The position numbers and the translations under genes were made by a program. Positions 10,940-21,152 of a stretch of 64,000 nucleotides of DNA are shown one piece after another (position 1 is the first letter of the stretch; every line of letters begins with the position of its first letter). Under the pieces are notes generated by a model, which saw only the letters and a list, made by a program, of their open reading frames with translations, was not told where the DNA came from and searched no databases. This stretch comes from an uncultured Gammaproteobacteria bacterium. GTDB taxonomy: Bacteria; Pseudomonadota; Gammaproteobacteria; Tenderiales; Tenderiaceae. The stretch spans positions 7,053 to 71,052 of the forward strand of contig CBFCYE010000008.1 in assembly GCA_965602225.1 (NCBI GenBank), in the 5' to 3' direction.

Positions 10940-11483
10940 ATGATGAACGTACTAATCCCTCTGACCCAGGGTTGCGAGGAGCTGGAAGCCGTCACCATCA
11001 TTGACCTTTTGCGCCGCGCCCAATTCGAAGTCACTACCGCCGGACTAGAACCGCATCAAAGCCAGTCGCGGCACCACCCTGCTACCCGACACCAGCCTCG
11101 ACCAGGCCCTCAAAACAAACTATGACATGCTCGTTCTGCCTGGCGGACTGCCCGGTGCCGATCACCTCAACGATGACCCACGGATCATTGCGCTAATCCA
11201 GCAGATGGCAGCGGCAGACAAATTCACCTGCGCCATCTGCGCCGCCCCTCGCGCCCTGGCCCGCGCCGGAATATTGCAGGACAAACGCGCCACCAGCTAC
11301 CCCGGCACACTCGATCTAATGGAAGTTTCTGGCATGACATACACTGGCGAGGCCGTCACCATCGACGGCAAGACCATCACTGGCCGTGGCCCAGGCGTAG
11401 CTATAGATTTTGCGCTAGCACTAATTGAAGCCCTTGGCGGCAGCGAACTAAAACAACAAGTCGAAGCCCCCTTGCTGCGCTAA
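10940..11483 (+). pseudogene. yajL: DJ-1/PfpI family protein (YajL/ThiJ-like), interrupted by a +1 frameshift near 11050
   Basis: ORF 10940-11125 encodes MMNVLIPLTQGCEELEAVTIIDLLRRAQFEVTTAGLE..., a DJ-1 N-terminus. The family continues in another frame (..RIKASRGTTLLPDTSLDQALKTNYDMLVLPGGLPGA...CAICAAP nucleophile elbow...GRGPGVAIDFALALIE) up to 11483. Removing one C in GAACCGC (11048-11054) restores a single ~180-aa ORF. Confidence 0.75.
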
Positions 11484-11505
11484 GAAACACAGCCCCCAGA
11501 ACAAC

Positions 11506-11527
11506 AAAAAGCCGCTCAATGAGCGGC
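11506..11527 (-). terminator. terminator hairpin downstream of the 285-aa hypothetical gene
   Basis: GCCGCTCA-AT-GAGCGGC hairpin with a T-run on the minus strand (A5 on the plus strand). Confidence 0.45.
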
Positions 11528-11572
11528 CTAGCATGCCATCCGTGGCAGTATTTCTATCCACCCCTGTTATTA

Positions 11573-12430
11573 TTATTGAGCTTCCTGCAAACCCTTATTC
11601 ATTCCGCTCAACCAATCTGCCAAACATTCTACAGCAGCTTGCCAACGGGTCAATTGCTGCTCTATCTCCTGCTTTTGCGCTGCCGAAATAAATCTAAACA
11701 AACCATCTCCTGACAGCTTGATTGCGTCTCGCGCCTGAAACAAATGGACAATCTCTTCATACTGCTGACTAAACTGATTTTTAAACACATCCCCCATACC
11801 CGCCTTAACCAGAACCGCCGACTCCAGCCGCATACCCAAAGCTGTTTCGCAGGCCATGGTCAATTCCAGGCAGGCGCGTCGACTACGTTTGTGCTCGATT
11901 GAGCGAGCCGCATCATGTAACAAGGCCTGAGACAGCGAACGACTAAAAAATTCGCTCATGTAGTCATGCATATTTTGCTGTTCATAATCGGCCACCAGAT
12001 CCAGCTGCGGCTCAATGCGCATCAACTTCGCCTTCTCTTCCTCAGACATTGCCGAGTCAGAATCGCTGTAAAAACGCTCATACTTGTCTATGGCATCAAA
12101 CAACGAGCTCCACATTTTGAGCTGCAAAAACACCAGCAGACGCTCAACCATCACCTTGGCCGCCTCGCCATGCACCATCTCGTCACCCAGACGACCATCG
12201 CGCGTCACTGTAATTTCCATTTGCGATACCGGGTAGTACCAACCACTGCCCGTCGGCGGTTTGATACGACCAAGCCTGGCATTCGGAATCAACTTCACCT
12301 CCGAATCCCAACCCTTGAGGCTGACGGATATCACTACCGGCTCCTCCGATTCGGTCTTCACCAGAATCGGCTTGGGCAAATTTACTTCATAGGTTGCAAA
12401 TAGCCACATATCAGTCAAAGCGGTACTCAA
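11573..12430 (-). CDS. hypothetical protein (285 aa), no recognisable domain
   Basis: Long ORF with a coding-like composition: a beta-rich N-terminal ~90 aa followed by a helical, acidic C-terminal part. No motif I can assign. Confidence 0.5.
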   Translation of the reverse strand: MSTALTDMWLFATYEVNLPKPILVKTESEEPVVISVSLKGWDSEVKLIPNARLGRIKPPTGSGWYYPVSQMEITVTRDGRLGDEMVHGEAAKVMVERLLVFLQLKMWSSLFDAIDKYERFYSDSDSAMSEEEKAKLMRIEPQLDLVADYEQQNMHDYMSEFFSRSLSQALLHDAARSIEHKRSRRACLELTMACETALGMRLESAVLVKAGMGDVFKNQFSQQYEEIVHLFQARDAIKLSGDGLFRFISAAQKQEIEQQLTRWQAAVECLADWLSGMNKGLQEAQ

Positions 12431-12481
12431 AAAAGTGATTTACCTAGACAACTGCAAAAACATTGCCAAGTAGCCCGGAGA

Positions 12482-14146
12482 TTAATCACGCCCGCCACTT
12501 GATGGCCAGTAAGTCATTAATATCATTAAACCTATTCCACCTAACAACCAGGTAACAAAAGGTGCGTCGGCAACCATCCGCGGCGCATAACCATCCAGAC
12601 CGAGGATCACAGCGGCAGAAACAATCAGGCCTGTGGCAGCAATAGCGGCAAAGCTGCGCCGGCTTGCGGTTCGCACTTCACGCCGTAGTTTAACGATCTC
12701 TTCCGAGCGCCACTGCAATTCAAGCTCACCCTTTTGTGCCTGCTTGGCCAGATCATGAATCATAGCCGGCAATTGTGGCAGTATCTCGGCCCACATGGGT
12801 AGATTGGTCTTGAGATTTTTAAGCAGCGCTCGCGGCCCCAGCTGCTCGCTCATCCAGCGCTCCAGAAAGGGCTTGGCGGTCTGCCACAGATCCAGATCAG
12901 GATAGAGCTGTCGCCCCAGCCCCTCAATATTGAGCAGAGTCTTTTGCAACAGCACCAACTGCGGCTGGACCTCCATATTGAAACGGCGCGCCGTTTGAAA
13001 CAGGCGCAACAACAGATGCCCAAAAGAAATATCCTTTAGTGGCCGTTCGAAGATCGGCTCACAGACAGTGCGGATAGCCGCTTCGAATTCATCTATGCGT
13101 GTGCCACTCGGCACCCACTCTGACTCCACATGTAATTCGGCAACACGGCGATAATCGCGATTAAAAAAGGCCAGAAAGTTCTCCGCCAAATAGCGCTGAT
13201 CTTCATGGCTAAGCGTGCCCATAATGCCAAAATCAACCGCCAGATACTGGCCCTCGGGCGAGGCAAAGATATTGCCAGGATGCATGTCGGCATGAAAAAA
13301 ATTGTACTTGAACACCTGGGTAAAAAAGATCTCCACACCGCGCTCGGACAACTGCTTCAAATCCACATTCTGGCGCCGCAGCTCATCAATATTACCAATC
13401 GGAATACCCGAGATGCGCTCCATCACCATCACATTGCGACGGCAATGGGGCCAGTAAATCTCAGGAATATACAACTGATCTGAATCAAGAAAATGACGTC
13501 GCAGCTGCGAGGCATTGCCCGCCTCGCGCATCAGATCCAGCTCGTCGAGGATGGTCTTTTCATATTCACGCACCACCTCGACCGGCCGCAAGCGACGCCC
13601 TTCGCGCCAATAACGTTCAGCCAAACGGGCGACGATATAGAGCAGACTGACATCGCGTTTAATTACGCGCTTAATGCCCGGCCGTACTACCTTGACCACC
13701 ACATCAGTACCATCAAGCAAACGGGCAACATGAACCTGAGCAATGGAAGCCGAGGCCAACGGCATCTCATTGAATTCAGAAAAAACTTCATGAATCTCTT
13801 TTTTATAGGCCGCCTCAATCAGCTGCCGCGCCTGTGCGCCGGGAAAGGGCGAGACCCTATCCTGCAACTTGGCCAATTCGTCGGCAATATCATCCGGCAA
13901 TAGATCACGGCGAGTAGACAGGATCTGGCCAAACTTGACGAACAACGGCCCCAACTCTTCCAAGGCGCAACGAATCCGCTCGGCCCGCGGTGCCCGGTTA
14001 TGACGAAACCAGTGTGGCGGCCAGAAGTAGAGCAAAAAACTGAACGGCCGAAACAGATGGGTAGCAAAGATGACATCATCCAGACCGTGCTTCACCAACA
14101 CCCAGTGAATATGTAGCAGCCGCAGCAACTGACCAAAGCTAATCAT
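12482..14146 (-). CDS. ubiB: ubiquinone biosynthesis regulatory protein kinase UbiB (ABC1/ADCK family)
   Basis: 554 aa with the ABC1 kinase-like core and C-terminal transmembrane helices, in the ubiE-ubiJ-ubiB operon order. Confidence 0.95.
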   Translation of the reverse strand: MISFGQLLRLLHIHWVLVKHGLDDVIFATHLFRPFSFLLYFWPPHWFRHNRAPRAERIRCALEELGPLFVKFGQILSTRRDLLPDDIADELAKLQDRVSPFPGAQARQLIEAAYKKEIHEVFSEFNEMPLASASIAQVHVARLLDGTDVVVKVVRPGIKRVIKRDVSLLYIVARLAERYWREGRRLRPVEVVREYEKTILDELDLMREAGNASQLRRHFLDSDQLYIPEIYWPHCRRNVMVMERISGIPIGNIDELRRQNVDLKQLSERGVEIFFTQVFKYNFFHADMHPGNIFASPEGQYLAVDFGIMGTLSHEDQRYLAENFLAFFNRDYRRVAELHVESEWVPSGTRIDEFEAAIRTVCEPIFERPLKDISFGHLLLRLFQTARRFNMEVQPQLVLLQKTLLNIEGLGRQLYPDLDLWQTAKPFLERWMSEQLGPRALLKNLKTNLPMWAEILPQLPAMIHDLAKQAQKGELELQWRSEEIVKLRREVRTASRRSFAAIAATGLIVSAAVILGLDGYAPRMVADAPFVTWLLGGIGLMILMTYWPSSGGRD

Positions 14147-14784
14147 GTTTGGTCTGCCTCGCTTGATTTAATCTGGGGTTTGAGCTGCGCCTGCAGACGT
14201 TTAACCCGCTGGGCCATGCGATCGACATCGGAACGCAGTGTATCGACGCGATCGAGAAATTGATCCAACTCCGGCTTGACCACCAGGTCACGGCTCTCTT
14301 CCTGAAAATACTCAGCCACGTCACGCCCCAGAGTCTCGGCCGTTTTACTGCCCCAGCTAAACAGCTCACGCACCGTATTACCAAGCTGATGAGCAATCAC
14401 ATCACCACTGAAATGGGAAAGCTGTTCTTCCCAGTCCAGATCAAGACTATCGAGGATATGCTGAACCTTGCGCCCCAGCTGGGCATCGCCCGCCATCTCG
14501 ACACCATCACCGAAGACGCTGGCAGGATGATCACTCAGCCCCAGCCGCGCCAGACTAAAAGGGCCGCCCTTGATGGTCACGTCCGCCTCACCCTCAAAGA
14601 CACTCTGCACTCGCAGGCCATCGGCAGTAGGGACGAGATAGATTGATTTGCCCAGACCGGCAATCGCCAACGCAATCACCTTACCCTCAAGCCGAGTCAC
14701 CTGGACCAGAGTCTCTGGGTCCATGTGCAGACAATGATTGAGCGCCTTTTCCAGCGCAGCGGTGGCTAACAGAGGCAAGACCAT
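14143..14784 (-). CDS. ubiJ: ubiquinone biosynthesis accessory factor UbiJ (SCP2 domain)
   Basis: 213 aa with an SCP2-like N-terminus, lying between ubiE and ubiB; 4-nt overlaps on both sides indicate translational coupling. Confidence 0.85.
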   Translation of the reverse strand: MVLPLLATAALEKALNHCLHMDPETLVQVTRLEGKVIALAIAGLGKSIYLVPTADGLRVQSVFEGEADVTIKGGPFSLARLGLSDHPASVFGDGVEMAGDAQLGRKVQHILDSLDLDWEEQLSHFSGDVIAHQLGNTVRELFSWGSKTAETLGRDVAEYFQEESRDLVVKPELDQFLDRVDTLRSDVDRMAQRVKRLQAQLKPQIKSSEADQT

Positions 14785-14786
14785 CT

Positions 14787-15539
14787 TTAGAATTTGTAAC
14801 CTCGGTGCAGAGCAACAATACCGCCGCTCATATTATGAAAATCACAGCGCTCGAAACCGGCTGTCTGCATCATCGTTTTTAATTCTTCCTGACCCGGATG
14901 CATGCGGATCGACTCGGCCAGATAACGGTAGCTGTCTTCGTCGTTGGCAATCAACTTGCCCATCAACGGCAACAGCTTGAATGAATAGGTGTCGTAAATC
15001 GGTTTCAGACCCGGCACCGCTGGCTTGGAAAACTCCAGCACCAGCAGACGGCCACCCGGTTTGAGGCAACGAAAAATGGACCGCAAGGCCAAGTCTTTAT
15101 CGGTGACGTTACGCAGGCCAAAGGCCATGGTGACGCAATCAAAATAGTTGTCAGGGAAGGGTAAGTACTGGGCATCGGCCTGGACAAAACGGACATTGCC
15201 AACAATGCCTTTATCCATCAAACGATCACGACCATTGCCGAGCATAGCGCCATTGATGTCAGACGAAACCACCTCGCCCTTACTGCCCACCAGCTTCGAT
15301 AGTTTGACCGCCAGGTCGCCGGTACCAGAGGCCAGATCCAAGGCGCGCTGGCCGGGCTTAAGGCCTGTCATCTCCATAGTGAAACGCTTCCACAGCCGAT
15401 GCACCCCAAACGACATCACATCATTCATGACATCGTATTTGTCCGCTACCGAATCAAACACCTCACGGACCTTTCCAGCCTTTTCTTCCAGCGGCACCTG
15501 CTTAAAACCAAAGTGGGTGTTCTTTTGTTGTTCAGTCAT
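14787..15539 (-). CDS. ubiE: bifunctional demethylmenaquinone / 2-methoxy-6-polyprenyl-1,4-benzoquinol methyltransferase
   Basis: 250 aa with the SAM motif [11 protein letters not shown] and the ending ...[12 protein letters not shown] typical of UbiE. Confidence 0.95.
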   Translation of the reverse strand: MTEQQKNTHFGFKQVPLEEKAGKVREVFDSVADKYDVMNDVMSFGVHRLWKRFTMEMTGLKPGQRALDLASGTGDLAVKLSKLVGSKGEVVSSDINGAMLGNGRDRLMDKGIVGNVRFVQADAQYLPFPDNYFDCVTMAFGLRNVTDKDLALRSIFRCLKPGGRLLVLEFSKPAVPGLKPIYDTYSFKLLPLMGKLIANDEDSYRYLAESIRMHPGQEELKTMMQTAGFERCDFHNMSGGIVALHRGYKF

Positions 15540-15937
15540 TTTTCTGATTCTTCAGTTTGTGGCGTCGCCATAGCAAGTGACAGATGCTGATGACCCGCTG
15601 CTTCTAGCCGCGCCAAATAATCCTGCCACATCTGTTGCTGATTCTGGCCATAGCGATACAGCAGATTCCAGTCGTAGAGACCGGTGTTATGGCCGTCATC
15701 AAAATAGAGCTTGATCGCGTACTGCCCCACCGGTTCTATGGCAACGATATTGACGCCCTCCTTGCCCACCTGCAACACCTCCTGACCAACGCCATGACCA
15801 CGCACTGCGGCCGAAGGAGAATGAACGCGCAGAAACTCACACGGCAGCTTGAAGGTGGCACCGTCGTCGAACGAAATCTCCAACAGATGAGACTTCTGAT
15901 GCAGACGAATATCCGTCGGTATGGGCATGTTCATCAC
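15536..15937 (-). CDS. DUF971 family protein (gamma-butyrobetaine hydroxylase-like N-terminal domain)
   Basis: 133 aa, conserved upstream of ubiE in pseudomonads; the pattern LEISFDDG...LR.HSPSA fits DUF971. Confidence 0.7.
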   Translation of the reverse strand: MMNMPIPTDIRLHQKSHLLEISFDDGATFKLPCEFLRVHSPSAAVRGHGVGQEVLQVGKEGVNIVAIEPVGQYAIKLYFDDGHNTGLYDWNLLYRYGQNQQQMWQDYLARLEAAGHQHLSLAMATPQTEESEK

Positions 15938-15950
15938 TAACCGCTCCGTC

Positions 15951-17270
15951 TTAAAGGATGTAACGACTCAGGTCTTCGTTATGAGCCAACTTATCCAGCT
16001 GTGAATCAACATAAGCAGAATCGATAATCAGATTGCTACCCGACTTATCTGGCGCTTCGTAAGAGATCAGCTCCAACAACCTTTCCATTACCGTATGCAG
16101 ACGACGGGCGCCGATGTTCTCAGTGCGCTCGTTGACCTGCCAGGCAATCTCGGCCAGACGGGCAACACCATCCTCGGCAAATTCCAACGTCACCCCTTCG
16201 GTGCCCATCAGGGCGCTATATTGTTCGGTCAGAGAGGCATCCGGCTCGGTGAGGATGCGGACAAAATCTTCTGTCGTCAGCGCATCCAGTTCGACCCTGA
16301 TCGGCAGGCGACCCTGCAGTTCCGGCACCAGGTCAGATGGCCGAGACATGTGAAACGCACCCGAAGCGATAAATAGAATGTGATCTGTCTTCAACATGCC
16401 GTGTTTGGTCGAGACAGTACAGCCCTCCACCAACGGCAACAGGTCACGCTGCACCCCTTCACGCGAAACATCGGTACCGGAGGTCTCACCGCGCTTGGCA
16501 ATCTTATCCAGCTCATCAAGAAAGACGATGCCGTTCTGCTCGGCGCTAAACAGCGCCTGAGTCTTGATATCGTCCTCATTGACCAACTTGGCAGCCTCTT
16601 CTTCCACCAGAAGTTTGTAGGCCTCTTTGACCGGCAGCTTGCGGGTCTGCAATTTACCGTTGCCCATGTTCTGGAAGATATTCTGCAGCTGACCAGTCAT
16701 GTCTTCCATTCCCGGTGGCCCCATGATTTCCACGTTACCGGCTGGCGCAGCAACTTCGACCTCAATCTCACGCTCATCCAGCTCACCTTCACGCAACTTT
16801 TTGCGAAACACCTGGCGCGTCGACGAACTACGGCTCGCCTCTTCATCACCACGAGCCGGTGGCAGCAGGATATCAAGCACTCTATCCTCGGCCGCCTCTT
16901 CAGCACGAAAACGCACCTCTTTTTTGGCCTGCTCACGAGTCATCTTGATTGAAACATCAACCAGGTCACGAATGATGGACTCAACGTCACGACCAACATA
17001 ACCAACCTCGGTAAACTTGGTCGCTTCCACCTTGATAAAGGGCGCATTGGCCAGCTTGGCCAGGCGACGGGCTATCTCGGTCTTGCCCACGCCAGTGGGG
17101 CCAATCATAAGGATGTTTTTAGGCGTGATTTCATTGCGCAGCGATTCATCTACCAAGCCGCGGCGCCAGCGATTACGCAGGGCGATGGCCACGGCGCGTT
17201 TGGCAGCAGCCTGACCGATGATGTGTTTGTCCAGTTCCTGGACGATCTCTCTTGGTGTCATCTCTGACAT
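15951..17270 (-). CDS. hslU: ATP-dependent protease ATPase subunit HslU
   Basis: 439 aa with Walker [16 protein letters not shown] and I-domain. Confidence 0.95.
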   Translation of the reverse strand: MSEMTPREIVQELDKHIIGQAAAKRAVAIALRNRWRRGLVDESLRNEITPKNILMIGPTGVGKTEIARRLAKLANAPFIKVEATKFTEVGYVGRDVESIIRDLVDVSIKMTREQAKKEVRFRAEEAAEDRVLDILLPPARGDEEASRSSSTRQVFRKKLREGELDEREIEVEVAAPAGNVEIMGPPGMEDMTGQLQNIFQNMGNGKLQTRKLPVKEAYKLLVEEEAAKLVNEDDIKTQALFSAEQNGIVFLDELDKIAKRGETSGTDVSREGVQRDLLPLVEGCTVSTKHGMLKTDHILFIASGAFHMSRPSDLVPELQGRLPIRVELDALTTEDFVRILTEPDASLTEQYSALMGTEGVTLEFAEDGVARLAEIAWQVNERTENIGARRLHTVMERLLELISYEAPDKSGSNLIIDSAYVDSQLDKLAHNEDLSRYIL

Positions 17271-17288
17271 AGTCTTTTTGAACCTTTA

Positions 17289-17843
17289 TTACTGTTGTTC
17301 TGTGCTTAATTCTTCGATGGTGAGATTGCCGTTGGTATAGACGCAAATATCAGAGGCAATACCCAGACCCTTTTCGACAATGGTACGGGCATCCAGATCG
17401 GTATTATCCAATAGCGCACAGGCTGCCGCCTGGGCAAATGAACCACCGGAACCGATGGCCATCAGGTCTTCTTCATGCTCCGGCTCAATCACATCACCAT
17501 TACCAGTGATTATCAGTGAAGCCTTGGCATCGGCCACCAACAACAAGGCTTCAAGACGACGCAGGGCGCGATCAGTCCGCCAGTCCTTGGCCAACTCAAC
17601 AGCGGCACGCACCAGATGACCGGAATGTTTTTCCAGCTGAGCTTCAAACCTTTCGAACAAGGTAAAGGCATCGGCAGTGCCGCCAGCAAATCCGGCAATG
17701 ACTTTATCGTTATAAAGGCGACGCACCTTGCGGGCGTTACCCTTCATTACCGTATTGCCTAACGATACCTGACCATCCCCGCCAATCACTACCTTGTCGC
17801 CACGTCGGACAGACAAGATGGTTGTGCCACGATATTGCTCCAC
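17289..17843 (-). CDS. hslV: ATP-dependent protease subunit HslV
   Basis: 184 aa with the N-terminal TTILSVRR (catalytic Thr) and GSGG motif. Confidence 0.95.
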   Translation of the reverse strand: MEQYRGTTILSVRRGDKVVIGGDGQVSLGNTVMKGNARKVRRLYNDKVIAGFAGGTADAFTLFERFEAQLEKHSGHLVRAAVELAKDWRTDRALRRLEALLLVADAKASLIITGNGDVIEPEHEEDLMAIGSGGSFAQAAACALLDNTDLDARTIVEKGLGIASDICVYTNGNLTIEELSTEQQ

Positions 17844-17933
17844 GAGGCCACTCCTTAAATGTGTTCTTGAAAAAAAGAGGCTTATTGTACACCAATAAAA
17901 AGGCAGGCCATCCCGGCCGAAAAGGGGTATTTA

Positions 17934-19598
17934 TTAAGCCGAATCAGCGACGATCTGATTACGACCATCCTGCTTGGCCTTGTAGAGCATCTGGTCAGCG
18001 GCTTCACGCAACTCGCCAGCATCTTCAAACGGCGGCGCAACAGCAATCCCGCCGCTCAAGCAAACCTTAAATATCTTTCCAGCAGCATGATGCTCAAGCG
18101 CAGCAAAACTCTGACGCACCTCTTCCATCACCTCCACCGCGGCCTGCAAAGAGGTTTCAGGCATAATCACCGCAAACTCTTCACCGCCATAACGGCCAAT
18201 GATATCCGTTCCACGCAGACGCTGTTTCAACAGCCGCGACAGGCTTTTGATAACCCGGTCACCAACTGCATGACCATAATTATCATTGACCTGTTTGAAA
18301 TGATCGATATCGAGCATGGCATAGGCAAGCTGACCGCCATGCCGCACTGCCCTTGCCACCTCGTTATATAGATTCTCCATAATACGACGGTGATTTAGCA
18401 GACCTGTCAGACTGTCTTCCGACATACGCGAACGAAGATTGCGGTAACGCTCGGCACGGATAGAAATCGAAGCAATCAAATCAGCTGACTTGATCGGTTT
18501 GGTAAGAAAATCATCCCCGCCCATGCTCAGCGCCTCAAGCTGGATATTCCGGTCAGTCTCGGCAGAAAGAAATACGATGGGTAAACCCAGGTAGTCCGGT
18601 TGCTGCCGAATCACTGAGGCCAGTTCGACACCATTGCAGTAAGGCATATACATATCCATTAACACCAACTCGGGCGAAAACTCCTTGATGGCAGCCAGCA
18701 CCTGACCAGCCTCAACAACAACCTCAGCTTCCATCCCGGCCTGGGCCAGCACACTGGAATAAAACAGCGCCTGCGGCTCAGAATCATCAACGACCAAAAC
18801 TCGATAGGGACGAACCGCTTCCACCACGGCCAGCTGATCAACCATATCCAGCAGCGATTCAAAGACAAATGGCTTTTTGAAATAGGCACGCCCACCGACT
18901 CGAACCGCTTCCAGCCTGGCCTCAAAATCATCACGCGTAGAGATAAACACAACCGGGATAGGCTCAGCTCGCTTGCCATTAATCGAGCGAATCACATCAA
19001 TACCCGCCAGCGCCCCCTCCACCATGACGATGTCAGCGATGATTATCGCCGGCGCTTGCCGTTCTACAGCCACCTTCAACTCCGATGGTGTCGCAAACAC
19101 TTCTGCTCTGTAACCAAAATATTCAAGCTGGGCCGCCAACTGAATGCGGCACCCGGCCTCATCTTCAAGAATATAAACCGTCTTCCCTGCCTGCATATCC
19201 TTTGGCTGAGACTGGGACTCGTGCGCTACAGGCAGCTCAGGCTCAACATAGGCATCCTCACCAGCCACCTGGATGGCAAGCCGAATCTCGTTCAGCAAAC
19301 GCTCGACTTCAGCCAGATCCTTGGCCGACTCAGCCGAAACCAACTGTTTTTCGAGCATCCGCGCCACCTGGCTTAGCGCCTCGCAGCCAAAGGTCGCCCC
19401 TGCCCCGGTCAGGGAATGCGCCAGACGATGGAACTCGGCCAGCTCAGTCTCACCCCAGCCTAGCCTCCAGGCCGCCAGACCAGCCTCCAAAGCCGCTAGT
19501 CGTTGCGGTAACTGATCAATAAAATTCCGCCGCAAGGCCTCAAGCTGTATTTTCAGTTTGTCTACATCCACGATCACGCAAACCCCACAAAAAAACAT
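17934..19598 (-). CDS. Hpt-REC-REC-GGDEF response regulator (diguanylate cyclase)
   Basis: N-terminal Hpt (FHRLAHSLTGAGATFG), two receiver domains (VYILEDE..., VLVVDDS...LMDMYMP) and a GGDEF domain with an intact RYGGEEF motif. The exact start codon is uncertain. Confidence 0.85.
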   Translation of the reverse strand: MFFCGVCVIVDVDKLKIQLEALRRNFIDQLPQRLAALEAGLAAWRLGWGETELAEFHRLAHSLTGAGATFGCEALSQVARMLEKQLVSAESAKDLAEVERLLNEIRLAIQVAGEDAYVEPELPVAHESQSQPKDMQAGKTVYILEDEAGCRIQLAAQLEYFGYRAEVFATPSELKVAVERQAPAIIIADIVMVEGALAGIDVIRSINGKRAEPIPVVFISTRDDFEARLEAVRVGGRAYFKKPFVFESLLDMVDQLAVVEAVRPYRVLVVDDSEPQALFYSSVLAQAGMEAEVVVEAGQVLAAIKEFSPELVLMDMYMPYCNGVELASVIRQQPDYLGLPIVFLSAETDRNIQLEALSMGGDDFLTKPIKSADLIASISIRAERYRNLRSRMSEDSLTGLLNHRRIMENLYNEVARAVRHGGQLAYAMLDIDHFKQVNDNYGHAVGDRVIKSLSRLLKQRLRGTDIIGRYGGEEFAVIMPETSLQAAVEVMEEVRQSFAALEHHAAGKIFKVCLSGGIAVAPPFEDAGELREAADQMLYKAKQDGRNQIVADSA

Positions 19599-19740
19599 TT
19601 TAAATCAATAATATATTACTGCACCCAAGTATCAACCCAAGCCACAGCTTTTCGAGCCCACAAAAAGCACATTAGAAGACTTTAATATAAAACTAAGCAT
19701 GCCGATATATATAGTAGACAAGCTTGCGCGGGGAAAAGAC

Positions 19741-20811
19741 ATGATCATCACCAACTCTCAAATTGGCCTGAGCAGCCAACACCAAAAAACCGAACACAGT
19801 GTCGAGCGCGAACGACTGCGTGTATGGATCGACAACCCCGGCCAGCCTGCTCGCCAACCGGCCACACAAGGCGCAGCCCGTTTCCGCACCGACCAAGCCG
19901 ATATCTCCGCCAGGGCCCACGCCGCCCAACCAATCAAAAAAGCGGCCGAACTGGAAGAAGAAACCGCCCCCATTGCCGTAACCAAGCTACAGGCCCTGAT
20001 CCAGATGATCGAACGCCTAACTGGCAAGAGGATCAAGTTCTTTGATCCAAAAGAAATGCACGACAAGAACAGGACTGAAACAAAAGACCTTGAAGCCCCA
20101 GCCAGGAGCGAACAACAAACACCACGCCGCGCTGGTTTCGGCATCGAATACGATTTTTACAGCGCCCGCATCGAACAAGAACAGACCAGCTTTTCCGCCC
20201 AGGGTCTGGTCAAAACCGCCGACGGCAAAGAGATCAGCATCGCCATGGAGCTGAATATGAGCCGCCGTTTTATGGAAGAGCAAAGCATTAGCATCCGCGC
20301 CGGCGATGCCGCACAACGACTGAAAGACCCGCTGGTTCTGAATTTCAACGGCAACGCCGCCGAGCTGAGCGAAACAAAATTCAGCTTCGATCTCGATGCC
20401 GATGGCCGTGAAGAACAGATCTCTTTGCTGGATTCAAACAGCGGCTTTCTTGCCCTGGACAAAAACATGGATGGCAGCATTAATGATGGCACCGAGTTAT
20501 TCGGCGCCCAATCGGGCAACGGCTTTGCCGATCTAGCCGCCTATGATGAAGACGGCAATCAATGGATAGATGAGGCCGACCCCATCTATTCCAAACTGCG
20601 CATCTGGAGCCGCGACGCTGATGGCAACGAGCAGTTGTTTGCCCTGGGCCAGAAAGATGTCGGCGCCATCTATCTCGGCAACGTCAGCACCGCCTTTGAC
20701 CTAACCCAAAACAGCGATAATGCACTGCTTGGCCAAATCGCCAGCACCGGTCTGTTTCTGAAAGAGAGTGGTGGCGCGGGCACAGCGCAACAACTCAATC
20801 TGGTTGTCTGA
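19741..20811 (+). CDS. hypothetical protein with EF-hand/dockerin-like Ca-binding-type loops
   Basis: The C-terminal half contains DLDADGREEQISLLD, DKNMDGSINDGTE, YDEDGNQWIDEAD and DADGNEQ motifs resembling EF-hand or dockerin calcium loops. There is no signal peptide. The start is placed at MIITNSQ (the track ORF begins at 19699). Confidence 0.5.
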   Translation: MIITNSQIGLSSQHQKTEHSVERERLRVWIDNPGQPARQPATQGAARFRTDQADISARAHAAQPIKKAAELEEETAPIAVTKLQALIQMIERLTGKRIKFFDPKEMHDKNRTETKDLEAPARSEQQTPRRAGFGIEYDFYSARIEQEQTSFSAQGLVKTADGKEISIAMELNMSRRFMEEQSISIRAGDAAQRLKDPLVLNFNGNAAELSETKFSFDLDADGREEQISLLDSNSGFLALDKNMDGSINDGTELFGAQSGNGFADLAAYDEDGNQWIDEADPIYSKLRIWSRDADGNEQLFALGQKDVGAIYLGNVSTAFDLTQNSDNALLGQIASTGLFLKESGGAGTAQQLNLVV

Positions 20812-21152
20812 ATATGAGGGGCCCGCTGTGCATTTATAGACCTCATCGCTACAAGCTATATGCTCCTGCAGCATTTAGGCCTGCAACAGCCTTCACTCTA
20901 TAATTCCGCCCCACACTCCCTTACAATCAAAAACGCCACCATCTGCACGATAGGCCTGGAATTAGCAACAGGCTTCATTTGAATGATCAACCCAGCCACT
21001 CAGGCAACAAACACTAAAAAAATCAACACCTAACAACATATTGCCCGGCGCAATTAACACGACTGTTAAGCCATATTTCAAAGCAAGGCTAGCGACAATC
21101 CCCACAAAGCCCTATTATGAAAAAACCAACAATAAATGAAGGAGAGAACTCG

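Noticed and set aside
17822-18070. 82-aa plus-strand ORF spanning the hslV/GGDEF intergenic region
   Set aside because: It overlaps the 5' end of hslV and the 3' end of the GGDEF gene on the opposite strand. Its basic low-complexity translation (QQQSRRSSKP) looks spurious, although a plus-strand CTTGAAA-like hexamer at 17866 was noted.
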